57,582 nucleotides of DNA from a virus. Lineage: Duplodnaviria; Caudoviricetes. A program made the translations under genes and the position numbers. A model generated the notes under the pieces. The model had not been told where the DNA came from and did not search any database. It worked only from the letters and a program-made list of their open reading frames with translations. The stretch lies in IMG/VR virus record IMGVR_UViG_3300037751_000355, positions 1 through 57,582 of that record; one strand, written 5' to 3'. Positions 26,781-36,486 of this stretch are shown here, in pieces; the first letter of the stretch is position 1, and each line of letters begins with the position of its first letter.

Positions 26781-28615
26781 TGTATACGTTGCGCTTCGTT
26801 GATTCTGATATGGAGCTTCAACCTCCGGAAAATGACCCCCTCGACGCGGGCACGATCACCGCGACCCCGGGAGACGGCACGGTAGCCATCGCCCAGGGCA
26901 CGGCCCCGTCAGGTGGGAGCGAATCCTACACGCGCGACCTGTACCGTTCCACGGACGGATCGAAGGGCTCGGTGCTCGCTGCGGACGTGACGCTGCCATA
27001 CGACGACGACACGGCGGAGAACGACACCGAGTATACCTACACGCTCGAAGTTGACGACGGGATCACGACTGACGACACGCCTTCGGTGAATGCTACGCCG
27101 GGGGAAGTGACCAACTTCGACGCCGACTGGCAGCTAGGAGCGGGCCACTATTTCGACGCGGAAGCCGCCGACGAGGAACTCGCTCTGTACGTCGTCTATC
27201 CCCGACCGGACGCGGAGACAAACAGCTACGCCCGCCACCTCTGGGCCTATCCGGGCATTCTGTACGAGGTCCCGATGGGCGTGCAGTTCGGTGCGTGGCC
27301 GTATCGCTACCAGAAGATCAGCGGCCCGTCGTGGCTCGACATCGTGTACGAGACGCTGATGCCGGTCGGGGACGTGAAGGAGGTGCTAGAAGGCTATGGG
27401 GTGCTGGCAGGGATCGCTCCCGCGACGCCGCAGGCCGCTGCGAATGTGGTCGTACGCGTCACGGACCAGGCGGGCGCGACCGTGGACATCACGTTCTCTG
27501 TAGAGGTCAGCGCCACCCCGTTCGTGTTCCTTGATCCGGTGAACGGGGACGACGGCACCGCGGACGGCACGATCGACCTTCCCTACAAGGAGGTTTCCGC
27601 GCTTCAGGACGCCGCCCTCGGCGAGACGATTTGCTACATCCGTGCGGCGGCAGACTATCAGCCGAACCCGCCCCGTCAGTTCCGTGTTGGCACCGCAGAC
27701 GAGCCTCGCGCCTACGTCGGCTATCCAGGCGAGGAAGTCGTCATCAACTGCACCAACGATACCGGATTCAGTGCCGGCTCGAACGACGACACCTTTTTCG
27801 ACAACCTGACGATCGTGAACGTCAACCGGACGAGCGAGGACGCGAGCAACGTGCGGGTGATTGCGCGTTTCTCACAGGTGGAGCGAGAGACCCTATGGCG
27901 ACTGACTTGCGTAAACATGTTCGCTGGCACGGCGTCAACGGACAACTCCGGGTTCGCGATATACCTGGCTCTTGGCGGGTCGACTGACGACCCGACGCCC
28001 GGCCACTGGCATCTCTACATGGCCGATTGCGTCGGGGACGAGCTGAACCCCGAGGGCGCTGGCTCCAATGGGGCTGCTATGTGGCAAGCGTACATGGCCC
28101 GTCGGTCTTTGATCGAGCGCAATACGGTCATCGACAGTCAGGTCATCAACAATGGCCTGTTCCTCACCAAGGAGTCCGAAAAGTACGTCGAGACTCGTTG
28201 GAACAACGCAGTCGATGGCAACGTTGGCAACTACCAGGTGCGCACATTCGCGTCGTCGAACAGGGGCTTTCCTAAGTTCCACCTCCTCCGACACAACTTC
28301 AGCGGTTCGGCGTACGGGGGCAGGATCGGAACTGCAGCGGCGATGGACAATCGCGATAGCGTGAATCACGGTCCGATCATATTTGCCCGTAACAACTTCG
28401 GCACAAACGGCTTGTCCAGCCTGCCCACCGCCCCAACGCCCTATGACGGTGACTATCGGGCACATGACAATGTCGCTGGCTCGCTCAACGGGAATTACCC
28501 CACAGCCTCGGGTAACGTGATTGATAGTGTGGGCAACCTGTTCGACGCTGACATGAAGCTCACAGGAGCCGCCCGGACGACGAATCTAGGACTTGCTGGC
28601 GCGGAGATCGCATAA
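26777..28615 (+). CDS. Receptor-binding/tail spike-like protein (FN3/Ig domains plus beta-helix)
   Basis: FN3-like LYRST...Y.D...NDTEYTY; FLDPVNGDD..ADGT...PYK; Asn-rich beta-helix repeats. Confidence 0.65.
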   Translation: MMYTLRFVDSDMELQPPENDPLDAGTITATPGDGTVAIAQGTAPSGGSESYTRDLYRSTDGSKGSVLAADVTLPYDDDTAENDTEYTYTLEVDDGITTDDTPSVNATPGEVTNFDADWQLGAGHYFDAEAADEELALYVVYPRPDAETNSYARHLWAYPGILYEVPMGVQFGAWPYRYQKISGPSWLDIVYETLMPVGDVKEVLEGYGVLAGIAPATPQAAANVVVRVTDQAGATVDITFSVEVSATPFVFLDPVNGDDGTADGTIDLPYKEVSALQDAALGETICYIRAAADYQPNPPRQFRVGTADEPRAYVGYPGEEVVINCTNDTGFSAGSNDDTFFDNLTIVNVNRTSEDASNVRVIARFSQVERETLWRLTCVNMFAGTASTDNSGFAIYLALGGSTDDPTPGHWHLYMADCVGDELNPEGAGSNGAAMWQAYMARRSLIERNTVIDSQVINNGLFLTKESEKYVETRWNNAVDGNVGNYQVRTFASSNRGFPKFHLLRHNFSGSAYGGRIGTAAAMDNRDSVNHGPIIFARNNFGTNGLSSLPTAPTPYDGDYRAHDNVAGSLNGNYPTASGNVIDSVGNLFDADMKLTGAARTTNLGLAGAEIA

Positions 28616-29598
28616 TGGCTGATCTACTCTACGTCCACGACGGCTCGGTCCACGACGCCGCCACCGTCACACTACTTGAAACTGAGCATACGGTCACTCA
28701 GCACGACGTGGATGGTGGCGCCGACCCGATCCCCGGCGATGCGGGTGATTACGACTGCATCGTGCTCGGGTTCGACTTCGGCGACAGCGAGGTCGGCACG
28801 AGCTACCGCGACCTCGCGGTACCCGTGATCGCATTGGGTTCGGGTAACTGGCAGACGGCCCTTGAGCTGACCTCGACACTCTCGACGAACGGTAGCTCCA
28901 CAACGATCGTAGTGACGGACGACGCGCATGAGATAGCGGTCGCGGCCGGACTCGCGGCCGGCACTCAGACGATCGCGGAATCCAACCACTCCATCTTTCG
29001 TGCGGACGGGCTCGGACCGGAAGCTGACTCGATTGCCTGGCACTTCCAGGACACGCGCCACACGTTTTTCGTCTATGAAAGCGGTGCGGAGATGGCGAAC
29101 AGCGTGCTCGCCCCCGCGATTCGCGTTGCTCTCGGGTTCATACGCGGTGCGGACACGCTGACCGCGCTCGGCGAGGCGTGTTTGCTGGAGAGCGTCACGT
29201 ACGCGATTGGAGCGGCGGGCGGCGGCGGCGGTGAGGCCATTATCGCAACTCTCTCCTCCTCTTTCTCGTCGAGCGTTTCGGACTTTACCGTTTACGTTTC
29301 GAAGTTCATCGCCCTCGTGACGAGCTTCGCGGCGAGCGCTTCGGCGGGGTCGCTCCCCGCCGTGATATCGGCTACGCTAGCGTGGTCCGTGGATCTAACC
29401 GCATCCGCCTCTTCGGTCCTCCAAAGAATCGCGACGGCGTCTCTCCGCACCACTTTCTCGCTCTTTGGAAGCGCCTCAGGCGTCCCCTCCGCGATCGTTT
29501 CGGGAGCGACCGACATAGTTGTGTCTAGCGTTAACTTTATACGAACCGGAGCCACCTTCATAACGGGTTCCATGAGAAACATCTTCCGCAAGGACTAA
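28615..29598 (+). CDS. Chimeric virion/tail-associated protein
   Basis: Globular N-terminus, poly-Gly linker, then Ser/Ala-rich C-terminus with different codon usage. Confidence 0.55.
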   Translation: MADLLYVHDGSVHDAATVTLLETEHTVTQHDVDGGADPIPGDAGDYDCIVLGFDFGDSEVGTSYRDLAVPVIALGSGNWQTALELTSTLSTNGSSTTIVVTDDAHEIAVAAGLAAGTQTIAESNHSIFRADGLGPEADSIAWHFQDTRHTFFVYESGAEMANSVLAPAIRVALGFIRGADTLTALGEACLLESVTYAIGAAGGGGGEAIIATLSSSFSSSVSDFTVYVSKFIALVTSFAASASAGSLPAVISATLAWSVDLTASASSVLQRIATASLRTTFSLFGSASGVPSAIVSGATDIVVSSVNFIRTGATFITGSMRNIFRKD

Positions 29599-29601
29599 AG
29601 C

Positions 29602-30294
29602 GTGGCTAGCAATTCAGGATGGACAACGGGACTACCGAGTGGGCAGTCGAAGGTTTCGGACACCGACGATGAGTTCCGCTCACTCAAGTCCTTCCAAGAA
29701 GCGTGGTGGGAGCAAGAGCATTACGCAACTGGAGGTTCCGCGTCGTCCGCAGGCATCCATCGCCTCGGCAGTGGGCGTGCTTACGTAGGGACTGCCTCTC
29801 AGTTGTCTAATCCGACTGCCGACAACCATGGGCGCCTCTTCTTCGTAACCGACGACAATGTCCTTCGTGTGGGGAACGTTTCGACCTCCTCGTGGAGTGT
29901 TCTTGCGGATAACGTGACGCTCGCGAGTGATAACTCCTGGACGGGCGCGAATGAGTTCACTTCGGGAATTTCCTCCTCTCAAGCAACGATTACGGGGGGC
30001 CTCGCTAAGATAGGAGTCTTCTCGAATATCTTGGCTGGTTCTCTTTCGACGGATATCGGATCTGTTAACGGAGACACATTTTCCTCCCTCGCAACTTTTA
30101 TGGTTTCAGGCGCGGAAGTCGGAGATGTGGTGCTTATAGGACTAGAAGCAGTCGACTCTAATCACATGATAACAGGTCTTGGTGGTTATGTGGTAAGCGC
30201 GGACGTTGTTGGGTTTACATTTTACAACGCAGGAGTGAGCGCCATCAATCCTTCCGATCAAACTTACACCGCTTTGGTGTTTAAGCGAGCATGA
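29602..30294 (+). CDS. Tail fibre/tail-associated protein
   Basis: DDE.R.LK...EH anchor-like N-terminus; VSGA.VGDVV C-terminal domain. Confidence 0.65.
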   Translation: MASNSGWTTGLPSGQSKVSDTDDEFRSLKSFQEAWWEQEHYATGGSASSAGIHRLGSGRAYVGTASQLSNPTADNHGRLFFVTDDNVLRVGNVSTSSWSVLADNVTLASDNSWTGANEFTSGISSSQATITGGLAKIGVFSNILAGSLSTDIGSVNGDTFSSLATFMVSGAEVGDVVLIGLEAVDSNHMITGLGGYVVSADVVGFTFYNAGVSAINPSDQTYTALVFKRA

Positions 30295-31967
30295 GCCCGC
30301 TCCAGCGGTTCCGTCACGCTCCTCACCTTCCGGCTCCGCGCAAGCGAGAGCGCACTTTTAGTGTTCCCGTCGCCTCCGGACTTCACTCGGGCGTCGCTCC
30401 GCAGGAGCTTCCGCTTGGGTTCACTCCGAATGCGCAAAACTTCGACGATCACAACGAAGGTGGTATCACTCCTCGTTCTGGTCTATCGCAATTTAGCACG
30501 TATGACTTCGGAGGTCCCGTCCTCGGTGCGTCGGAAGTCTTCGACACCGAGGGACGGTCTTGTGCGTTCGCTCCCTCCGCGACGACGCTATCCTTCCTCC
30601 ATCCCGAAAACCTAGGGTGGAGTGAAATCTCTTACGTTGACGGCGCGGGCGTGGTTTGGGCTCCGGACGGCCCCGTCTCGGGCACCTCAAAGGACTACTT
30701 CCGCTCCGTTTCCGTCTACGACCAGAACATCGACGAATACATTGGAGTCTTCTCTAACGGGACGGATTCGGTTAAGTTCTTCTCTGTCGTCGCGAACGCC
30801 TCCCCGAACACGTACTCGGACTTCACCTTCATCGACTCGATCGACTCGACCGTAAAAGCGAGAGACGTAGCCGCCGTTAACGATCGACTAATCCTTGTGA
30901 ATTTGGAGGACGCCTCAGGCACTCGTTTCCCGACGCGCGTCCTTTGGAGTGCGCGCGGAAACCCACGCTCCTTTCTCATCGACGACGGAGCGGGCGCTGA
31001 GGATCTCATGGAGATGCGGGGGGAGATCCAAGCGGCGATCCGCTTCAGGGACTTCATGCTCCTCTTCACGGAGTACGAGATTTGGCGCGCTACGCCTACG
31101 CTCGACTCCTACGCCTTCCGTTTCGATCGCGTTGCCGACAACGTGGGGTGTCCGTTCCCGAAAACTATCGCCGTCACTCCCCACGGGGTGGTCTTCATGG
31201 AGCATCATCACGAGGTCTTCATCACTGACGGCTCGACGGTCGCTCCTCTTGGTCCCGCAGAAGCGGGAGGCCCATCGCGCATCCACAACTACCTCCACTC
31301 GGAGGTCGTGGACTTCGATCGTATGTGGTCCCTTTACAACCACGCTCACGACCGATACGAACTTTATTATGCGACCGCCGCCTCGACCACGGGTTACCCG
31401 ATTAAGTCCCTCTGGTACACCCTCTCGTCTCGGGCGTGGTGGCCTCAGATGTTCTCTCACGAACTCTCCTCCGGAGTCGACATCTACGACCCCGTGGACT
31501 TCATTTCGTACGACGAAGTCGACGACGCTTACGACGACATAGACCTCACCTACGACGACTACGACGTTCGACGCGCGCGCCGGAGGATCAACGTCTTCAC
31601 CTCCGGAGGCGTGAACCTCCGCTTCGATCCCGACGCGACGGACGACGATGGAGAGGTCATTGATGCGCGGTGGCGCTCCCCGGGGCTCCACGGAGGCGCT
31701 CCGCATCGTCAAGCGCACCTCACGGAGATATGGACCGACTTCGTCGCCCCAAGCTCCTCCTCCGCGTCGCTTTTCGTGGGGGCGGCGCGCAACTCTTCCG
31801 CGTTCGACGACGGAACTCCTGTCGCACTCTCCGTGGCGGGCGATGCCATCTTCACCCCTACGTGGAAAACGGGGACGGCTCCGAATTTCGAGATCCGTAT
31901 CGCTGACGGCGGCACTCCTAAGATCGTCTCTTTCCAAGCTACCATCAAAGACGCCTCACGCTTCTAA
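30291..31967 (+). CDS. Tail nozzle/stabilisation protein (P22 gp10/T7 gp12-like beta-propeller)
   Basis: VLWS...P, NVGC...TI....G propeller motifs; size and position typical of a podovirus nozzle. Confidence 0.75.
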   Translation: MSPLQRFRHAPHLPAPRKRERTFSVPVASGLHSGVAPQELPLGFTPNAQNFDDHNEGGITPRSGLSQFSTYDFGGPVLGASEVFDTEGRSCAFAPSATTLSFLHPENLGWSEISYVDGAGVVWAPDGPVSGTSKDYFRSVSVYDQNIDEYIGVFSNGTDSVKFFSVVANASPNTYSDFTFIDSIDSTVKARDVAAVNDRLILVNLEDASGTRFPTRVLWSARGNPRSFLIDDGAGAEDLMEMRGEIQAAIRFRDFMLLFTEYEIWRATPTLDSYAFRFDRVADNVGCPFPKTIAVTPHGVVFMEHHHEVFITDGSTVAPLGPAEAGGPSRIHNYLHSEVVDFDRMWSLYNHAHDRYELYYATAASTTGYPIKSLWYTLSSRAWWPQMFSHELSSGVDIYDPVDFISYDEVDDAYDDIDLTYDDYDVRRARRRINVFTSGGVNLRFDPDATDDDGEVIDARWRSPGLHGGAPHRQAHLTEIWTDFVAPSSSSASLFVGAARNSSAFDDGTPVALSVAGDAIFTPTWKTGTAPNFEIRIADGGTPKIVSFQATIKDASRF

Positions 31968-32224
31968 TGGCTATTCGTCCCCGACGTATTCCACTCCCGC
32001 CCTCCTCAGGCGACCCAGGCGTCGACTACTGGATGCGAGAGGTCACGAGTGCGCTCAACGATCTCCCTCTCTCGATCTTCTCGACCGCTAATGGGCCTAA
32101 TGTGTCGAACGTAACGGCACCCGAGGGCTTCATAGGTATCGAGACGGGCTCCGGAGCCACGCGACTCTGGATCAAGCGTGTGGGGTCTGACTCGACGGGA
32201 TGGAGTGCGCTCTCATGGATCTAG
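31967..32224 (+). CDS. Small tail protein
   Basis: P...VTAP.G.......GA.RLWIK..G...TGW motif. Confidence 0.6.
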   Translation: MAIRPRRIPLPPSSGDPGVDYWMREVTSALNDLPLSIFSTANGPNVSNVTAPEGFIGIETGSGATRLWIKRVGSDSTGWSALSWI

Positions 32225-32847
32225 TCGTTCCCGCCGCCCGCACGTACGAATTGATTCCGTTTGATCCCTCTCCCGCACGCGCGGAGGTCCTCTCGCGTCT
32301 CCTCCGTGAAATCGCCTCGAAGGAGACGCTCTTCTCGGACTTCGGCGCGCCGTGCGAAGAGGCTTGTGTCACGACGAGAAATGTCGTGGAGATGTGTGAG
32401 ACGTGTAAGACGCGGATGCGGACGGTCGCCGCTGCACTCTCCGCTCCCAACACAAGGGCGTTCGAGGTGTGGGACGAAGAGCCCGAACTCATAGGCGTTA
32501 TCTACTTCTCGGACCTCGTCCCCTCACTCGACGCCAAAGGTCATTACGTGTTTTGGGATTCTGAAGGCCTCCGAGGAAAGACAGAAGTCCTCAAGGAGGC
32601 GCTCGCGATCGTCGTCCGCGAGGAGAAGCTCGTGCGCCTCACGATCGAAGTCCCCTCCGTCTTCGTAGCGCTTGCTCGCCACGCCTCACGCCACTTAGGT
32701 TTCGGAGGCTCGTTCGAGGCGCGCGTCGGGGGGAAGACGCTTCAGGTGGAGGGAGTTAAGGAGGGAAGCGTTAGGTGGCGGGGACGTCTTGCGGATCTTT
32801 TGATTCTAGGCCGAAGATTCGACGAGGAAGACGCCGAATCTCGTTGA
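32215..32847 (+). CDS. GNAT-fold acetyltransferase-like protein
   Basis: L.RLT..VP......A..LGF...EG......W.G...DL.I.G; usual position after the nozzle. Confidence 0.65.
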   Translation: MDLVVPAARTYELIPFDPSPARAEVLSRLLREIASKETLFSDFGAPCEEACVTTRNVVEMCETCKTRMRTVAAALSAPNTRAFEVWDEEPELIGVIYFSDLVPSLDAKGHYVFWDSEGLRGKTEVLKEALAIVVREEKLVRLTIEVPSVFVALARHASRHLGFGGSFEARVGGKTLQVEGVKEGSVRWRGRLADLLILGRRFDEEDAESR

Positions 32848-33676
32848 TGTTTCCTAGAGGCTCGTCGGTGGGGAGTCTTAAGTCGAAGCCTCCCCGAAAG
32901 CCCATGTCGACGAGGTCCACGAAGCCTATTGCTACGTCCGCGTCGTATCGGAGGCTCACGGGAACGTTTGGGTTTAGTCCGAAGATCGCGGTCCTCGAAT
33001 CCACCAACGCCATCCCTTTAGCGTAGCCTGAGGGAATCGGAATACCCCGCGCAGGGGTTCCCGTGAGGGCGTCGATTTGGGCGATCCTGTCGCTCTCGCT
33101 CGCGATATACGTGAGGAGGGAGCCGTCGAAGCGGAGGTTGTGGCACGCGGAGAAGGGGAGGCGTAGGCGCACCTCCGAGAGGTAGCCGTTGTCGAAGCCG
33201 AGGTTGCGGTGGTGGCGTAAGCGCACGACCTCTGAGCGACGAAAGCGCTTGTTGTGACAGAGCACCCATACGTAGGGGCCGTCTACCCATATCGAATTTG
33301 GATGTTCGTAGTCGTGTTCGAAGGGTCCTCCGATGGTGTAGACGTGCTCCACACCTCTCTCTAAGTCCTTGAAGACAACCCCATTGTAGTAGGTATTGCA
33401 AACGTAGAGTCCTCCGTTCGCGTAGGTTATCTGGTGGACGTCTTTAAGGGGGGCTTCGAAGACGATACGCCGTCCGGAGAAGAGTCCCTCGATCGTCGAG
33501 ATGTCTTCGTGCTCTCGGGTGTTCTTTACAACCCACACCTCCTTCCCGTCGAACGCAACTCCGTAAAACCTAGCACCTCCCGAGAGGTGTGCAACCGTTC
33601 CGGACGTTCGGTCTTCGTTGAGGTCGAGGAGGACGAGATTGGAATGCGTTGCAAGAAGGAAGACGTCGGAGGTCAT
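32771..33676 (-). CDS. Beta-propeller protein (DUF4915/TIGR03032-like)
   Basis: FYGVAF, DVHQI, HPNSI, HNL, GYAKGMA blade repeats. Confidence 0.6.
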   Translation of the reverse strand: MTSDVFLLATHSNLVLLDLNEDRTSGTVAHLSGGARFYGVAFDGKEVWVVKNTREHEDISTIEGLFSGRRIVFEAPLKDVHQITYANGGLYVCNTYYNGVVFKDLERGVEHVYTIGGPFEHDYEHPNSIWVDGPYVWVLCHNKRFRRSEVVRLRHHRNLGFDNGYLSEVRLRLPFSACHNLRFDGSLLTYIASESDRIAQIDALTGTPARGIPIPSGYAKGMALVDSRTAIFGLNPNVPVSLRYDADVAIGFVDLVDMGFRGGFDLRLPTDEPLGNINEIRRLPRRIFGLESKDPQDVPAT

Positions 33677-34521
33677 TCGTAAATCCCCATCGCCGCCCGG
33701 ACGTGCGCCTCGCGCTCCCGCATCTTATCACTCAACATCTTAGGTGTGATGTTACGCTTCCCGATGTGCCCCGTTACGAGATCGGTGTCGACATAGATGT
33801 TACCCCCTACCGCCTTCACGGAGTCACAGAAGCCCGAGTCTTCGCCTACGGGGGACTCAACGCCTCCCCCTTGGCGCTTCGCTTCCGCTAGGAGTGAGTC
33901 CCAAGCGTCCCCCGCTAGCACGTTCGCTCCGTCGTTGCGGATGCGAGAGAAGTTGTCGATCTCTCGGAGGGCGTCGATGGGACGTACGCTTCGGCGAGTG
34001 CGAAACCAAGGAGGCCCGAAACGCCTAAGGATCGGAGTCTTCACAAGAAGAAAGTGCGCTCCTGTGCGGATGACGGGAAGGACTCCCTCCCCAGGGAAGC
34101 GAGGCTCCCACGTCCCGCTCCCCGTGTCGATCGTGGGGAGGAACGGCTCGGACTTGAGTTGGGAGTAGGCCCCCACGACGTCCGCGTCCGGCACCTTCAC
34201 ATAAGCGGTGTGGAGGATTCGTTCGAGGGCGTCAGGGGGGAAGGTGGCGTCCGCGTCGATTTGGAGCAACCAGTCGTAAGAAGGTTGCGCCGCTTGGGGG
34301 TTGGGTGAAAGGGCGTGAGCACAAATCTCGTCCCTCGCGTGTTCTACGAGGACTCCGTTGAAGGTGCGCCACTCGATATTCACGAATCCCGAGGTGACGG
34401 CGCGAACCCTCATCTCCTCACGACACGTAGCGTATTCCTCTAGGACGCTCCCGGTTAGGCAAGTCGTCGCAACGACGCCCTTTAGGGAGCGGAGGTAGTC
34501 TTGGGTTTCGTCGAGGGTCAT
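33673..34521 (-). CDS. Glycosyltransferase, GT-A fold
   Basis: WLLQIDAD (DxD), DVVGA, G..FLLVK, GED..FC, VDTDL..GH. Confidence 0.85.
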   Translation of the reverse strand: MTLDETQDYLRSLKGVVATTCLTGSVLEEYATCREEMRVRAVTSGFVNIEWRTFNGVLVEHARDEICAHALSPNPQAAQPSYDWLLQIDADATFPPDALERILHTAYVKVPDADVVGAYSQLKSEPFLPTIDTGSGTWEPRFPGEGVLPVIRTGAHFLLVKTPILRRFGPPWFRTRRSVRPIDALREIDNFSRIRNDGANVLAGDAWDSLLAEAKRQGGGVESPVGEDSGFCDSVKAVGGNIYVDTDLVTGHIGKRNITPKMLSDKMREREAHVRAAMGIYE

Positions 34522-34721
34522 CTCTTAGGCCAAATCAACCACATAGAAGGATAAAGAGGAGGCGGGGGCTCTTGACAATAAGGACAAATCGCCTCGTAAA
34601 AGTCAAGCTTGGGGCCGAGAAGGAAGTGCTCCTCGCCCGCCTTCACGATACTTTCCACATTCGGATAGAGTACGGTGATGCCGGAGCCGTCGCAGTTGAA
34701 ACACGAGATCGCGGAGGTCAC
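34518..34721 (-). CDS. Small zinc-finger protein
   Basis: CFNCDGSG...CPYC. Confidence 0.55.
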   Translation of the reverse strand: MTSAISCFNCDGSGITVLYPNVESIVKAGEEHFLLGPKLDFYEAICPYCQEPPPPLYPSMWLIWPKR

Positions 34722-35770
34722 GAAGGATAACGCTTCACGTCATGAAGCCTCAAAAGGAGGCTCTTCGCCGTCGCGCGATACGTGGGAATCGACCACCACG
34801 AGGGAAACGCAACCTTCACAACCCTCACGTCTCCTCTCCGCATCTCTGCGAACGCCATCTCGATCTCTGGAAGCACTCGAAGCGTCCCTAGGCGTCCTCG
34901 CACCTCCTCCCGCCGCGTTAGAAGTTCCTTCTCCTCGATCGCTTCGATTGACGCTGAGATCCAATCCCCGACGCTCGGCGTTTCCGGTCGCGTCGGAAGA
35001 CTCTCCCGCCACCGAGGGACGTTTGAGAGGTCCGAGGGGCGATAGATGTGGAAGATATCAGGCCACGCATCCGCGTAGAGGAGGACGTGGTTGCGAGAGG
35101 CGTGCACACAAAAGTGCCGATCCTCTCCTTGCCACATCCCACCCCGGGGAAGCCCTTCGACGAGAGGAAACCATCTCACCTTCTCGAAGACTTCTCGCTT
35201 GATGAGGGTGCACGCCCCGAGGCCTCCTACAGGCCTAAGGGCTCGTTCCTCCTCAAGATCCCTAAGGAAGCGTCCAGCGTCAATCCCACGTCCATCGAAC
35301 TCATATGGGTGACGCATCCAGACTTGGGGGAGTGGAGGCGCTCCGGGTTGCCACGACGTCCAAAACACCGCCGACACCACGTCCTTCCCCGTCCCTACGA
35401 GAGACGAGAGAGTTTCGGGTCCGAGGACGAGATCTGAGTCCACGAAGAAGATAGCGTCGTAGCGCTCTTCCTTCGCGTAGTCCAAGAGGCGTTGCTTCTC
35501 GCGTGCTAGGAAGGCGAAGGTGGGTTCGGACCACTCGTGGGTTGCTTCCGACACGCGGTGAATCGCTCCATCAGGCCTCGGGAGGACATCGGCGATCGTC
35601 GCTCCCGCTTCGTCTAGGAGGACGAGGGCTTCGGGCGAAAGTCCATCTGAGGCGTACGCTAGGTCGAGCGTTGCCTTTGGAGGAAGCTCAAGCCCTCGGA
35701 CACTCGTGAGGTGCTCTCGGAGGATCTCGGAGGGGGCGTTGGTGACGCTCGCAAGTAGAATACGCATCAA
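34718..35770 (-). CDS. GT2 glycosyltransferase fused to a trigger-factor-like FKBP domain
   Basis: FFVDSD, GGLGACTLI, GEDRHFC; C-terminal VGD...LG....LPEIE....M..GD.....V.FP..W...L.L.DVK. Confidence 0.8.
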   Translation of the reverse strand: MMRILLASVTNAPSEILREHLTSVRGLELPPKATLDLAYASDGLSPEALVLLDEAGATIADVLPRPDGAIHRVSEATHEWSEPTFAFLAREKQRLLDYAKEERYDAIFFVDSDLVLGPETLSSLVGTGKDVVSAVFWTSWQPGAPPLPQVWMRHPYEFDGRGIDAGRFLRDLEEERALRPVGGLGACTLIKREVFEKVRWFPLVEGLPRGGMWQGEDRHFCVHASRNHVLLYADAWPDIFHIYRPSDLSNVPRWRESLPTRPETPSVGDWISASIEAIEEKELLTRREEVRGRLGTLRVLPEIEMAFAEMRRGDVRVVKVAFPSWWSIPTYRATAKSLLLRLHDVKRYPS

Positions 35771-36486
35771 ACGAGGGAGAGTTCGGGGCGAAACGGAAGG
35801 TCTTCTAGGGCGGGGGAGGCGTCGCGGATCGAGATCGCGTGCCGCTTCTCGAACTCGGTCAACTCAGCGGCCACCGAGGCGTATTGGACATACTTCTCGT
35901 CCCGCAACTCCTCTGAGGTGTAAGCGAAGTGGAGGAGCGCGAAGTCCTGGGGGGCGTACGCGAACGTTGCGAACTCCAAATTCGAGGGGAGATGACCCGA
36001 GTGGATTCCGCGCGACGTCCATCTCCACCCCGTAGGCATCGCTCGCTTCTTCACCATCCAAATCCGGGGGAAGAGGTGTCCCCGCCAAAAGGCGTCGGAG
36101 CGATACCGAAGGGGCTCCGTCTCCCAAAGGTCGTAGAGCGTGAAGAAGACCGCTTCCGCGCCCGTCTCGGTTAGGATGCGTGGGTCGCGCGCGGGGGTCA
36201 TATCTGCGTCTAGCCAGAGGATGTAGTCTCCGACTCGGGCGAAGTTCCACGCTTCTTCGAAGAGTCTTGCGCGGGCGGGTGCTTCGGCGCCCCACGCAGG
36301 AGCGCTGCCCACCGCGTCATCAACGAGATAAGCTCCAGCGTCCTTGCACGCTTCGCGGCTTCCGTCGTCTGAGTTGTCATCTAGGACTACGATCCCTCCA
36401 TCGGCAAAGGTATTCCAAGTCGAGAGCGCCTTTGGAAGAAAGCGCTCCATTTCGTTGCGAACGAGCGACGCTACGACGAGGCTCAC
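35767..36486 (-). CDS. GT2 glycosyltransferase
   Basis: VRNE...L, VVLDDNSDDGS, ILWLDAD, LLHFAY. Confidence 0.85.
   Translation of the reverse strand: MSLVVASLVRNEMERFLPKALSTWNTFADGGIVVLDDNSDDGSREACKDAGAYLVDDAVGSAPAWGAEAPARARLFEEAWNFARVGDYILWLDADMTPARDPRILTETGAEAVFFTLYDLWETEPLRYRSDAFWRGHLFPRIWMVKKRAMPTGWRWTSRGIHSGHLPSNLEFATFAYAPQDFALLHFAYTSEELRDEKYVQYASVAAELTEFEKRHAISIRDASPALEDLPFRPELSLV

Noticed and set aside
23932-32224. Enrichment of N-X-S/T sequons in virion proteins
   Set aside because: Many are present, but the proteins are Ser/Thr-rich, so the excess is not convincing without statistics.
33673-36486. DNA hypermodification pathway
   Set aside because: No base-hydroxymethylating or oxidising enzyme is recognised to create an acceptor; not excluded, but unsupported.
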